Shown one piece after another: positions 11,138 to 21,289 of a DNA stretch of 64,000 nucleotides; positions within the stretch are counted from its first letter, which is position 1; the number at the start of each line of letters is the position of its first letter. A program made the translations under genes and the position numbers. Origin of the DNA: Nitrospirota bacterium (GTDB lineage Bacteria; Nitrospirota; Thermodesulfovibrionia; Thermodesulfovibrionales; Dissulfurispiraceae); assembly GCA_040758355.1 (NCBI GenBank), contig JBFLWF010000012.1, positions 1-64,000 on the forward strand, given 5' to 3'. The notes beneath the pieces are model-generated. The model was not told the origin of the DNA and made no database searches. It saw only the letters and a program-made list of their open reading frames with translations.

Positions 11138-12429
11138 TCACCTATCTTCTTTCTCAAAAAAGTCGGGATATCATAAATATCTTCCTGAGGGAGGATGGAT
11201 TCGTTTAAAGCAGGCTTCTGTTCTTCCTGCGGTTGGTCATGGAAGTTTAGAAGACTCCTCTCAGGCTCTTTATCCTGCATATCTTCTGCAAGATTTTTCA
11301 TATCTTTGGCCGGCTCTCTGGTAGGCTCTTTTACAGGACTCTGTTCAACAGGGCTTTGCTCCTTTGAAGGCATATCTATGCTCTTGGACAATACCCTCCC
11401 TGAGCCTTTAAGGCTTATAGGGTCTTTCGTGGGCATCCACTTCTTCACCTGGGGCAGTTCTGCCTTTTCCACCCTGTCCTCAAGCCCTGTGGCTATTACT
11501 GTTACCCTCACATCATCCTCCATGTCAGGATTTATAACAGCGCCGAGGATAATGTTTGCATCGTCATGGGCAGAATCATAAATCAGCGACGAAGCCTCCT
11601 GAACAGCATCTATGGACATATTGAGCCCGCCTGTTATGTTTATGAGTATGCCCTTTGCACCTTCTATGGATGATTCTTCAAGAAGGGGATTGGATATCGC
11701 CCTCTTTGCTGCCTCAAAAGCGCCTCCCTCTCCGCTTCCTGTCCCCATGCCGATAACAGCCCTTCCTGCATTTTCCATTATTGATTTCACGTCTGCAAAA
11801 TCGAGGTTTATAAGACCTGGGATGAGTATCAAATCCGATATGCCCTGTATTGCCTGCCTTAAGACATCATTTGCTATGGAGAAGGATTTAAGCAACGGAG
11901 TTCCCTTTTCCACAACGAGGTGAATCCTGTCATTTGGGATAATGATCAAGGTATCCACATGCTTCTTAATCTCCCTTATGCCTTCCTCTGCATTTATTGC
12001 CCTTTTCCTGCCTTCATAATAAAAAGGCTTTGTCACTACTGCAACCGTAAGGATACCCATCTCCCTTGCAATATTTGCAATGACAGGTGCTGCGCCAGTG
12101 CCTGTCCCGCCGCCCATGCCTGCCGTGATAAAGACCATGTCTGCCCCTTCTATGCATCCTGACAGAGAGTCCTTATCCTCAATGGCTGCCTGCCTGCCGA
12201 TAACAGGGTTGGAGCCTGCTCCAAGCCCTTTTGTAAGGCTTGTGCCTATCTTTACCTTCACAGGCGCAAGGGATGCATCGAGATGCTGGCTGTCCGTATT
12301 AACAGTGATGAACTCCACGCCGTAAAGGTTCGCTGCAACCATGCTGTTTATGGCATTGGTGCCCCCGCCTCCGACACCTATCACCTTTATCTTTGCAACC
12401 AGTCTCCCTACATCTTCCAGCTCAAACAT
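11134..12429 (-). CDS. ftsZ: Cell division protein FtsZ
   Basis: GGGTGTG tubulin motif, NLDFADV, C-terminal DIPTFLRK. Confidence 0.98.
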   Translation of the reverse strand: MFELEDVGRLVAKIKVIGVGGGGTNAINSMVAANLYGVEFITVNTDSQHLDASLAPVKVKIGTSLTKGLGAGSNPVIGRQAAIEDKDSLSGCIEGADMVFITAGMGGGTGTGAAPVIANIAREMGILTVAVVTKPFYYEGRKRAINAEEGIREIKKHVDTLIIIPNDRIHLVVEKGTPLLKSFSIANDVLRQAIQGISDLILIPGLINLDFADVKSIMENAGRAVIGMGTGSGEGGAFEAAKRAISNPLLEESSIEGAKGILINITGGLNMSIDAVQEASSLIYDSAHDDANIILGAVINPDMEDDVRVTVIATGLEDRVEKAELPQVKKWMPTKDPISLKGSGRVLSKSIDMPSKEQSPVEQSPVKEPTREPAKDMKNLAEDMQDKEPERSLLNFHDQPQEEQKPALNESILPQEDIYDIPTFLRKKIGE

Positions 12430-12431
12430 AA

Positions 12432-13721
12432 TTACCTCCTGCCCGCTATTTTCTTAAACCATCCTGTCATCTTATTTAAAACCCTGCTAAACAGATCAGA
12501 AGAAAAGCCACCTCTTTCGGAAGGCATTATAGACCCGATGCCGTACAGCACAAGTCCTATACCTGTGGCATACATTGGATTGTTGAATTCTCCCTTCAGC
12601 ACATGCATTCCATGACCATCCCCAGAAAAATTCTGATGAGAAAAATTCTGATGCGACAAATGCGGATACCCTATCCGAACAGGCATGGATAAGATCGCTT
12701 CTGCCATCCTGTCAAAGCCCGAAAGCAATGAAGACCCTCCTGTCAGAACAACGCCGGACACAGCAATGCCGTTATTATGCACGGCATGTATCTCCTGCCT
12801 GACAAGCTCAAGAAGCTCTTCACACCTCGGCTGGAGTATCTCCGTAATATACTTCCGGGGTATTCCCCTCACCTGTCCATCAATAGCCACAACATCTACT
12901 TCGGCATTGTCGATCTCCGGGACAATGGAGCCGTATCTTTTTTTAACACGCTCTGCCTCGTTAAAAGGCAGCCTCAGTCCAACCGATATGTCGTTTGTAA
13001 AGTGATTGCCTCCTATGCCCAATACTGCCGTATGCCTCAGCCATCCCTCTCTGTAAATGGCAATGTCGGTTGTCCCACCGCCGATATCCACAAGGGCTAT
13101 ACCCATGTCCCTCTCATCGTTGTTCAATGTTGCTTCTGCAGATGCAAGGGGCTGAAGGACTATATCCACGACCTCGAGCCCGGCCCTTTCACAGCATTTC
13201 AGGAGATTCTGTACGGATGCAACAGCACCTGTAACGATATAAACCTTTACCTCCAGCCTGACGCCGGCCATGCCAACAGGGTCTTTTATCCCATCCTGTC
13301 CGTCGAGGATGAAATCAGTGGGAAGGACATGGAGTATTTCCCGGTCAAGGGGCACATACACGGCACTTGCAGAATCTATGGCCCTTTCCACATCCTCGCT
13401 CGTTACTTCCTTGCCCTTTATGCCCACAGCACCGTAACTGCTGAAACTCTTTATATGGCTTCCTGCAATGCCTACATACACCTCCCTGACGCTGATGCCT
13501 GTCTGCTCCTCGACATCAGAGACAGTCTTCTTTATGGAATTCGCCGTAGCCTCGATATCGATCACTACGCCTTTTCTAAGGCCGTTGGACGGGTGCGAAC
13601 TCACAGAGAGTATATCTATTCCATCTTCCGTAACCTCTCCTGCAATAGCGCATATCTTTGTCGTGCCTACATCGAGTCCGACAATAACACTGCTATTTCT
13701 CTTTCTCTTCTCTGCTGCCAT
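12432..13721 (-). CDS. ftsA: Cell division protein FtsA
   Basis: GLDVGTTK, DIGGGTTD, VLTGG, PMYATGIGL, amphipathic C-terminus. Confidence 0.97.
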   Translation of the reverse strand: MAAEKRKRNSSVIVGLDVGTTKICAIAGEVTEDGIDILSVSSHPSNGLRKGVVIDIEATANSIKKTVSDVEEQTGISVREVYVGIAGSHIKSFSSYGAVGIKGKEVTSEDVERAIDSASAVYVPLDREILHVLPTDFILDGQDGIKDPVGMAGVRLEVKVYIVTGAVASVQNLLKCCERAGLEVVDIVLQPLASAEATLNNDERDMGIALVDIGGGTTDIAIYREGWLRHTAVLGIGGNHFTNDISVGLRLPFNEAERVKKRYGSIVPEIDNAEVDVVAIDGQVRGIPRKYITEILQPRCEELLELVRQEIHAVHNNGIAVSGVVLTGGSSLLSGFDRMAEAILSMPVRIGYPHLSHQNFSHQNFSGDGHGMHVLKGEFNNPMYATGIGLVLYGIGSIMPSERGGFSSDLFSRVLNKMTGWFKKIAGRR

Positions 13722-13724
13722 TTC

Positions 13725-14498
13725 TCATTCCCCTTCGACGCTGCCTACTGGCTTCACTATTATCTTATTTGCGAACCGCAGGTCTATATATTCAACAGAC
13801 ATATTCCGCTTTTCTATCTCATCCCTCACAAATTCAAGCCGCTCCAGTTTTTTATCGAAATCGCCGGCGCCAATCTTTATGGATATGTTATCGAGCTTTA
13901 ATGTAATGTCTTCAGGCCTCTGCCCTGTTATTTCGATAGTGCCGTCGTAAGATACAACCCTTTTGTTATGAAGCACATCCACAAACCTGACTGCTTCCAG
14001 ATATGCCTCTCTATTGTTCTTATAGTCGATATCTTTAATAACCGGGAGGAACAGGACTGTTCCTTCCTTCATCGGTTCGAGTATGTTCCCTTCCCTGTCT
14101 ATAAGATACGGTCTGCCTGCTATGCTCAGGATGGCAACAGGGACCGCCTCTGTCACATTTATCAGCACCCTTCCTGAAAGCTCTTTCTTAATGACTGCAT
14201 CCCTTATCCACGGAGATGATTTGAGCCTCTTGTAAAGCTCCCTTCCAGAAATGCCGAAAAGTTCGTCTCCCTTCTTGATCTTGATCAACGACTTCAGCTC
14301 ATCGTTTTTAAGGTGATGGTTCCCCTCGAAGGCTATATCCCTGACCAGCATGTGGTTTTTGATAAAAAAATATGCAGCAGAAAAGGCAATAACAAAAATC
14401 AAAAAAAGAAAGACAACGAATTTTATCTTCTTACTTTCCTTTTTCCTCTGCAATGACCTCAGGTTTCTCCTGTTCATAAATATAGCCATTTTAGTCAT
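13725..14498 (-). CDS. ftsQ: Cell division protein FtsQ/DivIB (start may be 14489 or 14477)
   Basis: N-terminal TM, POTRA-like region, YIDLRF C-terminal motif; located between ddl and ftsA. Confidence 0.88.
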   Translation of the reverse strand: MTKMAIFMNRRNLRSLQRKKESKKIKFVVFLFLIFVIAFSAAYFFIKNHMLVRDIAFEGNHHLKNDELKSLIKIKKGDELFGISGRELYKRLKSSPWIRDAVIKKELSGRVLINVTEAVPVAILSIAGRPYLIDREGNILEPMKEGTVLFLPVIKDIDYKNNREAYLEAVRFVDVLHNKRVVSYDGTIEITGQRPEDITLKLDNISIKIGAGDFDKKLERLEFVRDEIEKRNMSVEYIDLRFANKIIVKPVGSVEGE

Positions 14499-14548
14499 TA
14501 AGTTATTAAGTCATTAAAAAACTAATTACTCAATGACTCAATTGCTTA

Positions 14549-15481
14549 TTAACTTAATATTGCCAGTTTCAATATCTCCTCTATTAGATCGGGAAACTCA
14601 AGTCCCGTGAGTTTTGCTATCTTCGGCAAAAGGCTCGTCTCTGTCATTCCGGGTATTGTATTTACCTCGAGGATATACGGCTCATTGGATTCATCGAGGA
14701 TAAAATCAACCCTTGTGGCGCCTTTACAGCCGAGGGCATTGTGCGCCTTCAGAGCAACATCCTTAAGCGTTTCGTAAGCATAATCGTCAATCTCCGGAGG
14801 CAGTATGTATTGCGTAAGACCAGGCGTATATTTCGCTTCGTAACTGTAAAACTCCTTTGACGGCCTCACCTCAACGCCTCCGAGCACGGTCTGTCCCAAA
14901 ATGCCTATCTGTATCTCTTTGCCACTTATGTATCTCTCAATAATTATTTTCCTGCCGTATGAAAATGCACTCTGCACCGCATCGTCTATATCTTCCTCTC
15001 CCTTCACGATATTTACGCCTATGCTCGAGCCTTCTGCAACAGGCTTTACAACCCACGGCAGAGGGAAATCGACAACAGCAGTTATCAATTGAGGATTTAT
15101 CCTTTCACCTAACTGTTCCCTGTTAATCACCACAAAAGGTGCTACAGGTATATCATGATAAATAAATATCTTCTTTGATGCCTCTTTGTCCATGGCAAGG
15201 GCAGATGACAGAACACCAGAGCCTGTATACGGTATTCCCATCACCTCAAGGAGACCCTGTATAGCGCCGTTTTCACCGTGACCGCCGTGAAGCACCAAAA
15301 AGGCAATTTCTATGCTCTCCTTCTTTAAGTCCTCGCAGATATTGTCCGATACATCTATAAAAACAGCATCATAGCCGAGGTTCAGCAATGCCTTATAAAT
15401 GGCATTGCCGCTTTTAAGGGAAACCTCCCTCTCGGCAGATGTCCCGCCTGCAAGAACCCCTATTCTTTTATCCGTTATCAT
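14549..15481 (-). CDS. ddl: D-alanine--D-alanine ligase
   Basis: [35 protein letters not shown]. Confidence 0.96.
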   Translation of the reverse strand: MITDKRIGVLAGGTSAEREVSLKSGNAIYKALLNLGYDAVFIDVSDNICEDLKKESIEIAFLVLHGGHGENGAIQGLLEVMGIPYTGSGVLSSALAMDKEASKKIFIYHDIPVAPFVVINREQLGERINPQLITAVVDFPLPWVVKPVAEGSSIGVNIVKGEEDIDDAVQSAFSYGRKIIIERYISGKEIQIGILGQTVLGGVEVRPSKEFYSYEAKYTPGLTQYILPPEIDDYAYETLKDVALKAHNALGCKGATRVDFILDESNEPYILEVNTIPGMTETSLLPKIAKLTGLEFPDLIEEILKLAILS

Positions 15482-15572
15482 AAATCATTACCTCTCAAAT
15501 TTCTTGCCTCCTATTTTATCAGGGAAACGCATAATATCTCCAATCTATAATTTACCTTTTCCTATGCAATCT

Positions 15573-15604
15573 TCTCCTGCCCTCTGCCCGACGGATAATG
15601 TGCC
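15573..15604. repeat. 32-bp direct repeat, copy 1 (flanks the DUF433 gene)
   Basis: TCTCCTGCCCTCTGCCCGACGGATAATGTGCC, 29/32 identical to 15991-16022. Confidence 0.85.
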
Positions 15605-15671
15605 TGTGTTTTTGATTTTCAGGATAATAAGGATTGTTAATGTTGGATGTACTAAACAATTTTCATACTGT

Positions 15672-15899
15672 TTAATTAAGTGCAGGATGCAGTTCCTCTT
15701 TGGCAAGCCAGTAGCCATACTGAAGGGCTTCCTTTATGTCTTCCGGTTCAAGGTCAGGATATTCCTTGATTATCTCTTCAGAGGTCATGCCGTTTGCAAC
15801 GAGATTTATTATCAGGGAAACGGGTATCCGCATTCCCCTTATGCATGCCTGCCCGCCCATAATCTCTTTGTTGAATGTTATTCTCTTGAATTCCTTCAT
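15672..15899 (-). CDS. DUF433 family protein (putative antitoxin)
   Basis: RITFNKEIMGGQACIRGMRIPV...EEIIKEYPDL..EDI..AL.Y; GGAGG RBS. Confidence 0.9.
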   Translation of the reverse strand: MKEFKRITFNKEIMGGQACIRGMRIPVSLIINLVANGMTSEEIIKEYPDLEPEDIKEALQYGYWLAKEELHPALN

Positions 15900-15990
15900 A
15901 TCATACCTCCAGGAAAGCTTTGCTGAGTTTATTATATAACAGCTTACTGCCTTTTACATCTTCCCCCTTCATTCTATTAGTCGCTTTCAA

Positions 15991-16022
15991 TCTCCAGCCC
16001 TCTGCCCGATTGATAATGTGCC
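15991..16022. repeat. 32-bp direct repeat, copy 2
   Basis: TCTCCAGCCCTCTGCCCGATTGATAATGTGCC; a 14-bp tandem duplication lies nearby at 16059-16086. Confidence 0.85.
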
Positions 16023-16131
16023 CGTCCTTTTTTGTTCTTCCAAAACCAGTCTCTGACCCTATTATTTACGCTCTATTATTTACGCTCAAGAGGTTATTCA
16101 GACATCTTTAAACAAATTCGGCTGTGTTTTT

Positions 16132-17073
16132 TTATTGGACATAGCCACTTCTCCCTAAAATCCTTATCTCCGGCTCAAGAATAATCCCGAATTTATCTTT
16201 CACCTTTTTGCCCACAATATCCATAAGTTTGAGAAAATCATCTGCCGTTCCCTTTCCAGTATTTATAAAGAAATTGGCGTGCATTGCGCTGACCTCTATG
16301 TCTCCAACCCTCATGCCCTTGCATCCTGCATCATCTATAAGCTTGCCTGCAGCAATATCTTTTGGGTTCTTAAATACGCATCCTGCGGATGGCTTTGACA
16401 CAGGCTGTCTTGATTTCTTTTCATTGATAAATTCTACAAACCTTTTTTTAATTTCAAACGGTTCATCTTTCTTAAGGGACAAAACAGCACTAAGAATAAT
16501 AGAACCTGAAGGAATCTTTGCGCTTCTATACTGAAAGCTCATATCACTTGCAGATAATTCTTTTATGCCTCCATCAGGCATTAATAGATTAACCGATTTA
16601 ATCACGTCCTTTATCTCGCATCCGAATGAGCCTGCATTTCCGGCAATTGCGCCTCCCATAGAACCAGGAATGCCTGCAAGCCCTTCCATTCCTGACAATC
16701 CTTCATCCACACATAAGTTTATGACCTTCTGTAGAGAGCATCCTGACTGAACAAGAATAAATTCTTCGTCGGACTGCTGAATGCTGATTGCTGACTGCTG
16801 GCTTTTTATGTTATTCATCTTCGATGTGAAAATCACAGCACCATCGATGCCCCTGTCTTTTACCAGTATGTTTGTGCCGCCGCCGATAACAATATACGGG
16901 ATTCCTTCTTTGGTAAGAGTTTTTATAAGTTCAGGCAAGGAGGGTTCATCGGGGAATAATGCAATATCGGCAGGGCCGCCTATTTTTAAGGAGGTGTGCA
17001 TCGACATGGGTTCGTTGAACCGCATGTCAATGTTTCTGGAAATACAGAACTCTCTCAATAGTTCATAGTTCAT
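16132..17073 (-). CDS. murB: UDP-N-acetylenolpyruvoylglucosamine reductase
   Basis: IGGPA, GGGTNIL, GIPGSMGGA..NAG, SAGCVFKNP, HANF, LEPE. Confidence 0.96.
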   Translation of the reverse strand: MNYELLREFCISRNIDMRFNEPMSMHTSLKIGGPADIALFPDEPSLPELIKTLTKEGIPYIVIGGGTNILVKDRGIDGAVIFTSKMNNIKSQQSAISIQQSDEEFILVQSGCSLQKVINLCVDEGLSGMEGLAGIPGSMGGAIAGNAGSFGCEIKDVIKSVNLLMPDGGIKELSASDMSFQYRSAKIPSGSIILSAVLSLKKDEPFEIKKRFVEFINEKKSRQPVSKPSAGCVFKNPKDIAAGKLIDDAGCKGMRVGDIEVSAMHANFFINTGKGTADDFLKLMDIVGKKVKDKFGIILEPEIRILGRSGYVQ

Positions 17074-17079
17074 ACCAAA

Positions 17080-17278
17080 TTGAGCGATTCTAAGTTTAAA
17101 ATATATGTCAGGTGCGGCGAAAAAACTTTAAACTCCGCACTTGCAAAGACATCTATCTTGTATCCGTATTCTACAACATTGAATCCTTTTTGAGTAATGC
17201 ATATATTATCTTATAGCTGCACTTGAAACAACACTTTTTAAAGTCCTTGAGCCGTGCCTGACATATATAATCGCTCAA
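17080..17278 (+). repeat. ~200-nt structured dispersed element, copy A
   Basis: Terminal IR TTGAGCGATT/AATCGCTCAA plus inner arms TATATGTCAGGTGCGGC...GCCGTGCCTGACATATA; homologous to 33299, 37640 and 18671. Confidence 0.92.
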
Positions 17279-18651
17279 CTTAGGTTTAACTTTTTCAATA
17301 TCTCTTCGCCCATCTTATATACATCGCCTGCACCGAGGGTTATGAGCACATCCCCCTGTTTCAGCTCAGACGCTATCCTTTCCATCATTTCTTTCCTGTC
17401 AGGAATATAGGTCAGATTTTCAAATCCTGTGCCTCGTATCCTTTGAGCAAGGACTTCCGAGTTTATTCCCTTAATCGGCCTTTCGCTTGCAGGATATATG
17501 TCCATTAAAAACAGCTTATCCGCATTGCCGAAGCTCATTGCAAACTCATCCATCAAATCCCTTGTGCGTGTGTATCTGTGGGGCTGAAATAAAACGACCA
17601 CCCTGTTGCCGTTGAAGCATTCCCTTGCTGCCTTGAGCGTAGCCATTATTTCTGAAGGATGATGTCCGTAATCATCAAAAACCTTGATGTCACTTGCCTC
17701 GCCCTTAAATTCGAATCTGCGTTGTATTCCGCTGAAATTGCTCAATGCCTTTGCAATGACATCCACAGGGATCTGCAGTTCCATGGCAACGGCTATTGCC
17801 GACAGGCTGTTCAGTACATTATGTTTTCCGGGCACAGGAAGGGTGAACATCCCCAGCGATTTTCCTTTATATACTGCCTCAAAGCTCATCCTTATGCCTG
17901 AATGCTCTATATTCCTCGCATAGATGTCCGCATGTTCGGATAATCCGTAGGTCAGGTATTTCCTCTGGATTAATGGAATTATCTCCCTGAGATATTCATT
18001 CTCCATGCAGACAACCGCAATCCCGTAAAAGGGTATCTTGTTTATGAATAATAGAAACGCTTGTTTCAATACATCCATATCCGTGAAGTAATCCATGTGT
18101 TCCCTGTCTATGTTGGTTATAACAGCAATTGTTGGATTGAGCTTAAGAAAAGAGCCGTCGCTTTCATCTGCCTCTGCCACAATATAGTCGCCCTGTCCCA
18201 GCTTTGCATTGCTTCCCATGGACTTGAGCTTTCCGCCTATAATCACTGTCGGGTCAAGTCCGCCTTCGCCGAGCATGGTTGCAATAAGCGATGTTGTGGT
18301 CGTCTTACCGTGAGCGCCTGCAACGAGGATTCCGTATTTAAGCCTGCCCAGTTCGGCAAGCATCTCTGCCCTCGGTATTACAGGGATAGACCTCTGCTTC
18401 GCTTCTAAAACCTCCGGATTATCGGCAGAGACAGCAGAGGATATAACAACGACATGGGCGCTATCTATATTTTCTCCATTATGCCCTATAAATATCTTTA
18501 TGCCGAGGTTACTCAATCTATTGGTCGTCTCTGATTCCTTTATATCCGAGCCCGTGACCTCATATCCGAGGTTATGCAGCACCTCTGCGATACCGCTCAT
18601 TCCAATGCCACCGATGCCGACAAAATGAATTATCCTGTATTTATTGAACAT
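17275..18651 (-). CDS. murC: UDP-N-acetylmuramate--L-alanine ligase
   Basis: GIGGIGMSG, GAHGKTTT, EADESDGSF, DDYGHHP, FQPHRYTR. Confidence 0.97.
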   Translation of the reverse strand: MFNKYRIIHFVGIGGIGMSGIAEVLHNLGYEVTGSDIKESETTNRLSNLGIKIFIGHNGENIDSAHVVVISSAVSADNPEVLEAKQRSIPVIPRAEMLAELGRLKYGILVAGAHGKTTTTSLIATMLGEGGLDPTVIIGGKLKSMGSNAKLGQGDYIVAEADESDGSFLKLNPTIAVITNIDREHMDYFTDMDVLKQAFLLFINKIPFYGIAVVCMENEYLREIIPLIQRKYLTYGLSEHADIYARNIEHSGIRMSFEAVYKGKSLGMFTLPVPGKHNVLNSLSAIAVAMELQIPVDVIAKALSNFSGIQRRFEFKGEASDIKVFDDYGHHPSEIMATLKAARECFNGNRVVVLFQPHRYTRTRDLMDEFAMSFGNADKLFLMDIYPASERPIKGINSEVLAQRIRGTGFENLTYIPDRKEMMERIASELKQGDVLITLGAGDVYKMGEEILKKLNLS

Positions 18652-18670
18652 TCCTCACTCCTGTTAATCT

Positions 18671-18861
18671 CGAATTACCTAAAATATGGCAGCAGGTGCG
18701 CTGAAAAGACTTTACACTTCGGAATATCATAAAACATTCTCTTAAATCCGTCACCTACTACATTGCTTTCTTTTTATGTAAAAGCGTTAATAGTCTTCTG
18801 GTATGCACAAAGAACAACGACTTTGTAAAGTCTTTGATGCACACCTGCTGCCATACATTCG
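18671..18861 (+). repeat. ~190-nt structured dispersed element, divergent copy D
   Basis: Arms TATGGCAGCAGGTG...CACCTGCTGCCATA and AAAGACTTTACA/TGTAAAGTCTTT; shares the internal ATCCGTnnnCTACnACATTG core with copies A-C. Confidence 0.8.
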
Positions 18862-18868
18862 TTTGAAT

Positions 18869-19984
18869 TCATTTCTTTATCAAACTCATCGCTAAATCCA
18901 CGATCTTTTCTGCCGCATCCGTTCTTCCGAACGCCAGAGCTGCCTTCTGCATCTCCTTCCTCGCCTTCTCATCAACATGGAAATCCCTTATAGCATCTGC
19001 CAGCACCTCGCCTCGCAACTCCCTGTCGAGTATCATACGTGCAGCTCCCATGTCTTCGAGCTTTCTTGCGTTAGACTCTTGATGGTTTGACGCTGCATGG
19101 GGGAACGGTATCAATATGGCCGGCTTGCCTATGGCTGTAATCTCTGACAGGGTTGTAGCCCCTGCCCTGCAAATAACCATATCAGCTATGGAATAGGCCT
19201 CTGCCATCTGGTATATAAAAGGAACTACAATGCCGTTAAAGCCGAGCCTCCTGTAAGTATCCTTCACGGTTTCATAATCGCGCTCTCCTGTCTGGTGGAG
19301 AAACTGGATATTTTGCCTTAAATCCAGAAGGTAATTCAATGCCTCTACCATTGCGCTGTTTATGCTCTTTGCACCTGAACTGCCGCCGAACACAAACACG
19401 GTGAATTTCTCCTTTTCGAGGGGGAATAATCCGTAAGCCTTGTTTTCATCGCGCTGCAGTATCTGTTTCCTTATGGGATTTCCTGTCAGATATGATTTCT
19501 CTTTCGGGAAAAAAGAGATGCTCTCCTGATATGTTAGGGCAATTGCATCCACGAATTTACCGAGGAGCTTATTTGCAAATCCAGGCACGGAGTTCTGTTC
19601 GAGTATTATTGTTGGGATACCCTTAAAATGTGCTGTAAGCACCATGCCCACAGATGCATAACCGCCGACCCCGATGACGACATCCGGCCTTACCGACCTG
19701 AGAATACTGTAAGCGCCTGAAAGAGAGAAAAGAAATGCAATTAGCGCCCTGATTTTCTTAAATAAGGATTTTCCTACCAGTCCCTCTGCCTTTAAAAACC
19801 TTATGGGATAACCTTCTCTGGGGATAACTCGCGACTCTATCCCATGCTCTGTCCCGACAAAGACCATGTCACTTTTTTGTATTCTTTCTTTTGGCCCCTG
19901 ACTCCTGTTAAGGAACTCTTCTGCCACTGCGATGCCGGGATAGAGGTGTCCACCCGTACCACCGCCTGCAATTATTATTTTCAT
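18869..19984 (-). CDS. murG: Undecaprenyldiphospho-muramoylpentapeptide N-acetylglucosaminyltransferase
   Basis: GGGTGGH, GGYAS, EQN, GNPIR, GGSSGA, RAGATT, HQESNA. Confidence 0.97.
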   Translation of the reverse strand: MKIIIAGGGTGGHLYPGIAVAEEFLNRSQGPKERIQKSDMVFVGTEHGIESRVIPREGYPIRFLKAEGLVGKSLFKKIRALIAFLFSLSGAYSILRSVRPDVVIGVGGYASVGMVLTAHFKGIPTIILEQNSVPGFANKLLGKFVDAIALTYQESISFFPKEKSYLTGNPIRKQILQRDENKAYGLFPLEKEKFTVFVFGGSSGAKSINSAMVEALNYLLDLRQNIQFLHQTGERDYETVKDTYRRLGFNGIVVPFIYQMAEAYSIADMVICRAGATTLSEITAIGKPAILIPFPHAASNHQESNARKLEDMGAARMILDRELRGEVLADAIRDFHVDEKARKEMQKAALAFGRTDAAEKIVDLAMSLIKK

Positions 19985-20026
19985 AAGGTTTGCCCTGCCA
20001 TGCTATTTTAGTAAAATGATAAAAAA

Positions 20027-21289
20027 CTATGTCCTTTTCATTTTACTATATCTTCTATATCCCTGTCCCCTCTGCCATCGTGATTGTTGATCAGCAGACA
20101 GTTTATAATGGGTACGGGCAGGAACCGTTACATCGGCTACAGGTTTGTTCATGACATGCGTCCTGTGTTCTGTTCCGTCTTTGGCAGACTGCACCTTAGA
20201 GACATTCAACAGTAATCCTATGGCTGTCATGCTGACAAGGAGCGACGAGCCTCCGTAGCTTATAAACGGCAGGGGAAGACCCTTTGTCGGGACCATCCCT
20301 GTGACAACAGCGAAATTGATAACAGCCTGAACCGCTATCATTATGGATATGCCGAATGCAAGGTAATGTGCGAATGTATCAGATGTTTTCCGCGCAATGC
20401 CGATCCCCTTAATAAACATTACAAAGAACAAAAAGACCACAAAAACCACGCCAATAAAACCCAATTCCTCGCCGATCAATGAAAAGATAAAATCCGTATG
20501 TACCTCAGGCAGAAATGAGAGCTTCTGTTTTCCTTCTCCCAATCCCACCCCATTAATGCCTCCGCTTCCGAGGGCTATGAATGACTGAACAAGCTGAAAC
20601 CCGCTGCCCTGGGCGTCCTTCCACGGATCGAGGAATGCCGCAACCCTCTTCCATCGATACGGTTCTGATATGAGCTTGAAAATGACAGGAATGGCAACGA
20701 TGCCGAGGGATAATATATAGCGCAATCTTATGCCTGATAAAAAGAGCATGGCTATTGTCAGTATGCCAAGACTCATGACAGCGCCGAAGTCGGGCTGTTT
20801 TAGAAATATAACCTGAAACATTCCCATTATCCCTACAGGAATGGCAAACGACAAAAATTTGTCCTTCCTGTAACTCGGAAGGCTCATGTACCATGAAAGG
20901 AATATAACCATCGAAAGCTTCACGAGCTCCGAAGGCTGAAATGTGGAAGGCCAGATCCTTATCCATCTCCTTGCTCCTCCGGCAGTAACGCCCAGTTTTG
21001 TAAAGACCATTACCAGACAGACGAGCGATACAACAAGCAGGGGTATGGACATTTTTTTCAGATATTGCAGGGGCACTTTATATGCAATAAACATGGCGAT
21101 CAAACCCAGCAAAACCGTAAACAACTGCTTCTTCAGAAAGCCGAACTGACTTATGACCACGCCTTTTTTCCGGTACTTCTCCACCATGTCAGGGGAAATC
21201 ACAGATGTAGAGCTATATACAGCCATCAGACCGATTAATATAAGGAGAAGTACAATAAACAATATCCATTTGTCATACTGCTGCTTCAT
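20027..21289 (-). CDS. ftsW: Cell division SEDS protein FtsW
   Basis: GARRW, QPSE, QPDFG, LPEVHTDFIF, LPFISYGGSS. Confidence 0.95.
   Translation of the reverse strand: MKQQYDKWILFIVLLLILIGLMAVYSSTSVISPDMVEKYRKKGVVISQFGFLKKQLFTVLLGLIAMFIAYKVPLQYLKKMSIPLLVVSLVCLVMVFTKLGVTAGGARRWIRIWPSTFQPSELVKLSMVIFLSWYMSLPSYRKDKFLSFAIPVGIMGMFQVIFLKQPDFGAVMSLGILTIAMLFLSGIRLRYILSLGIVAIPVIFKLISEPYRWKRVAAFLDPWKDAQGSGFQLVQSFIALGSGGINGVGLGEGKQKLSFLPEVHTDFIFSLIGEELGFIGVVFVVFLFFVMFIKGIGIARKTSDTFAHYLAFGISIMIAVQAVINFAVVTGMVPTKGLPLPFISYGGSSLLVSMTAIGLLLNVSKVQSAKDGTEHRTHVMNKPVADVTVPARTHYKLSADQQSRWQRGQGYRRYSKMKRT

Noticed and set aside
12777..13901. 374-aa plus-strand ORF and the many other antisense or alternate-frame ORFs in the track
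   Set aside because: They overlap well-supported genes (here ftsA/ftsQ) and have no recognisable motifs; treated as shadow ORFs
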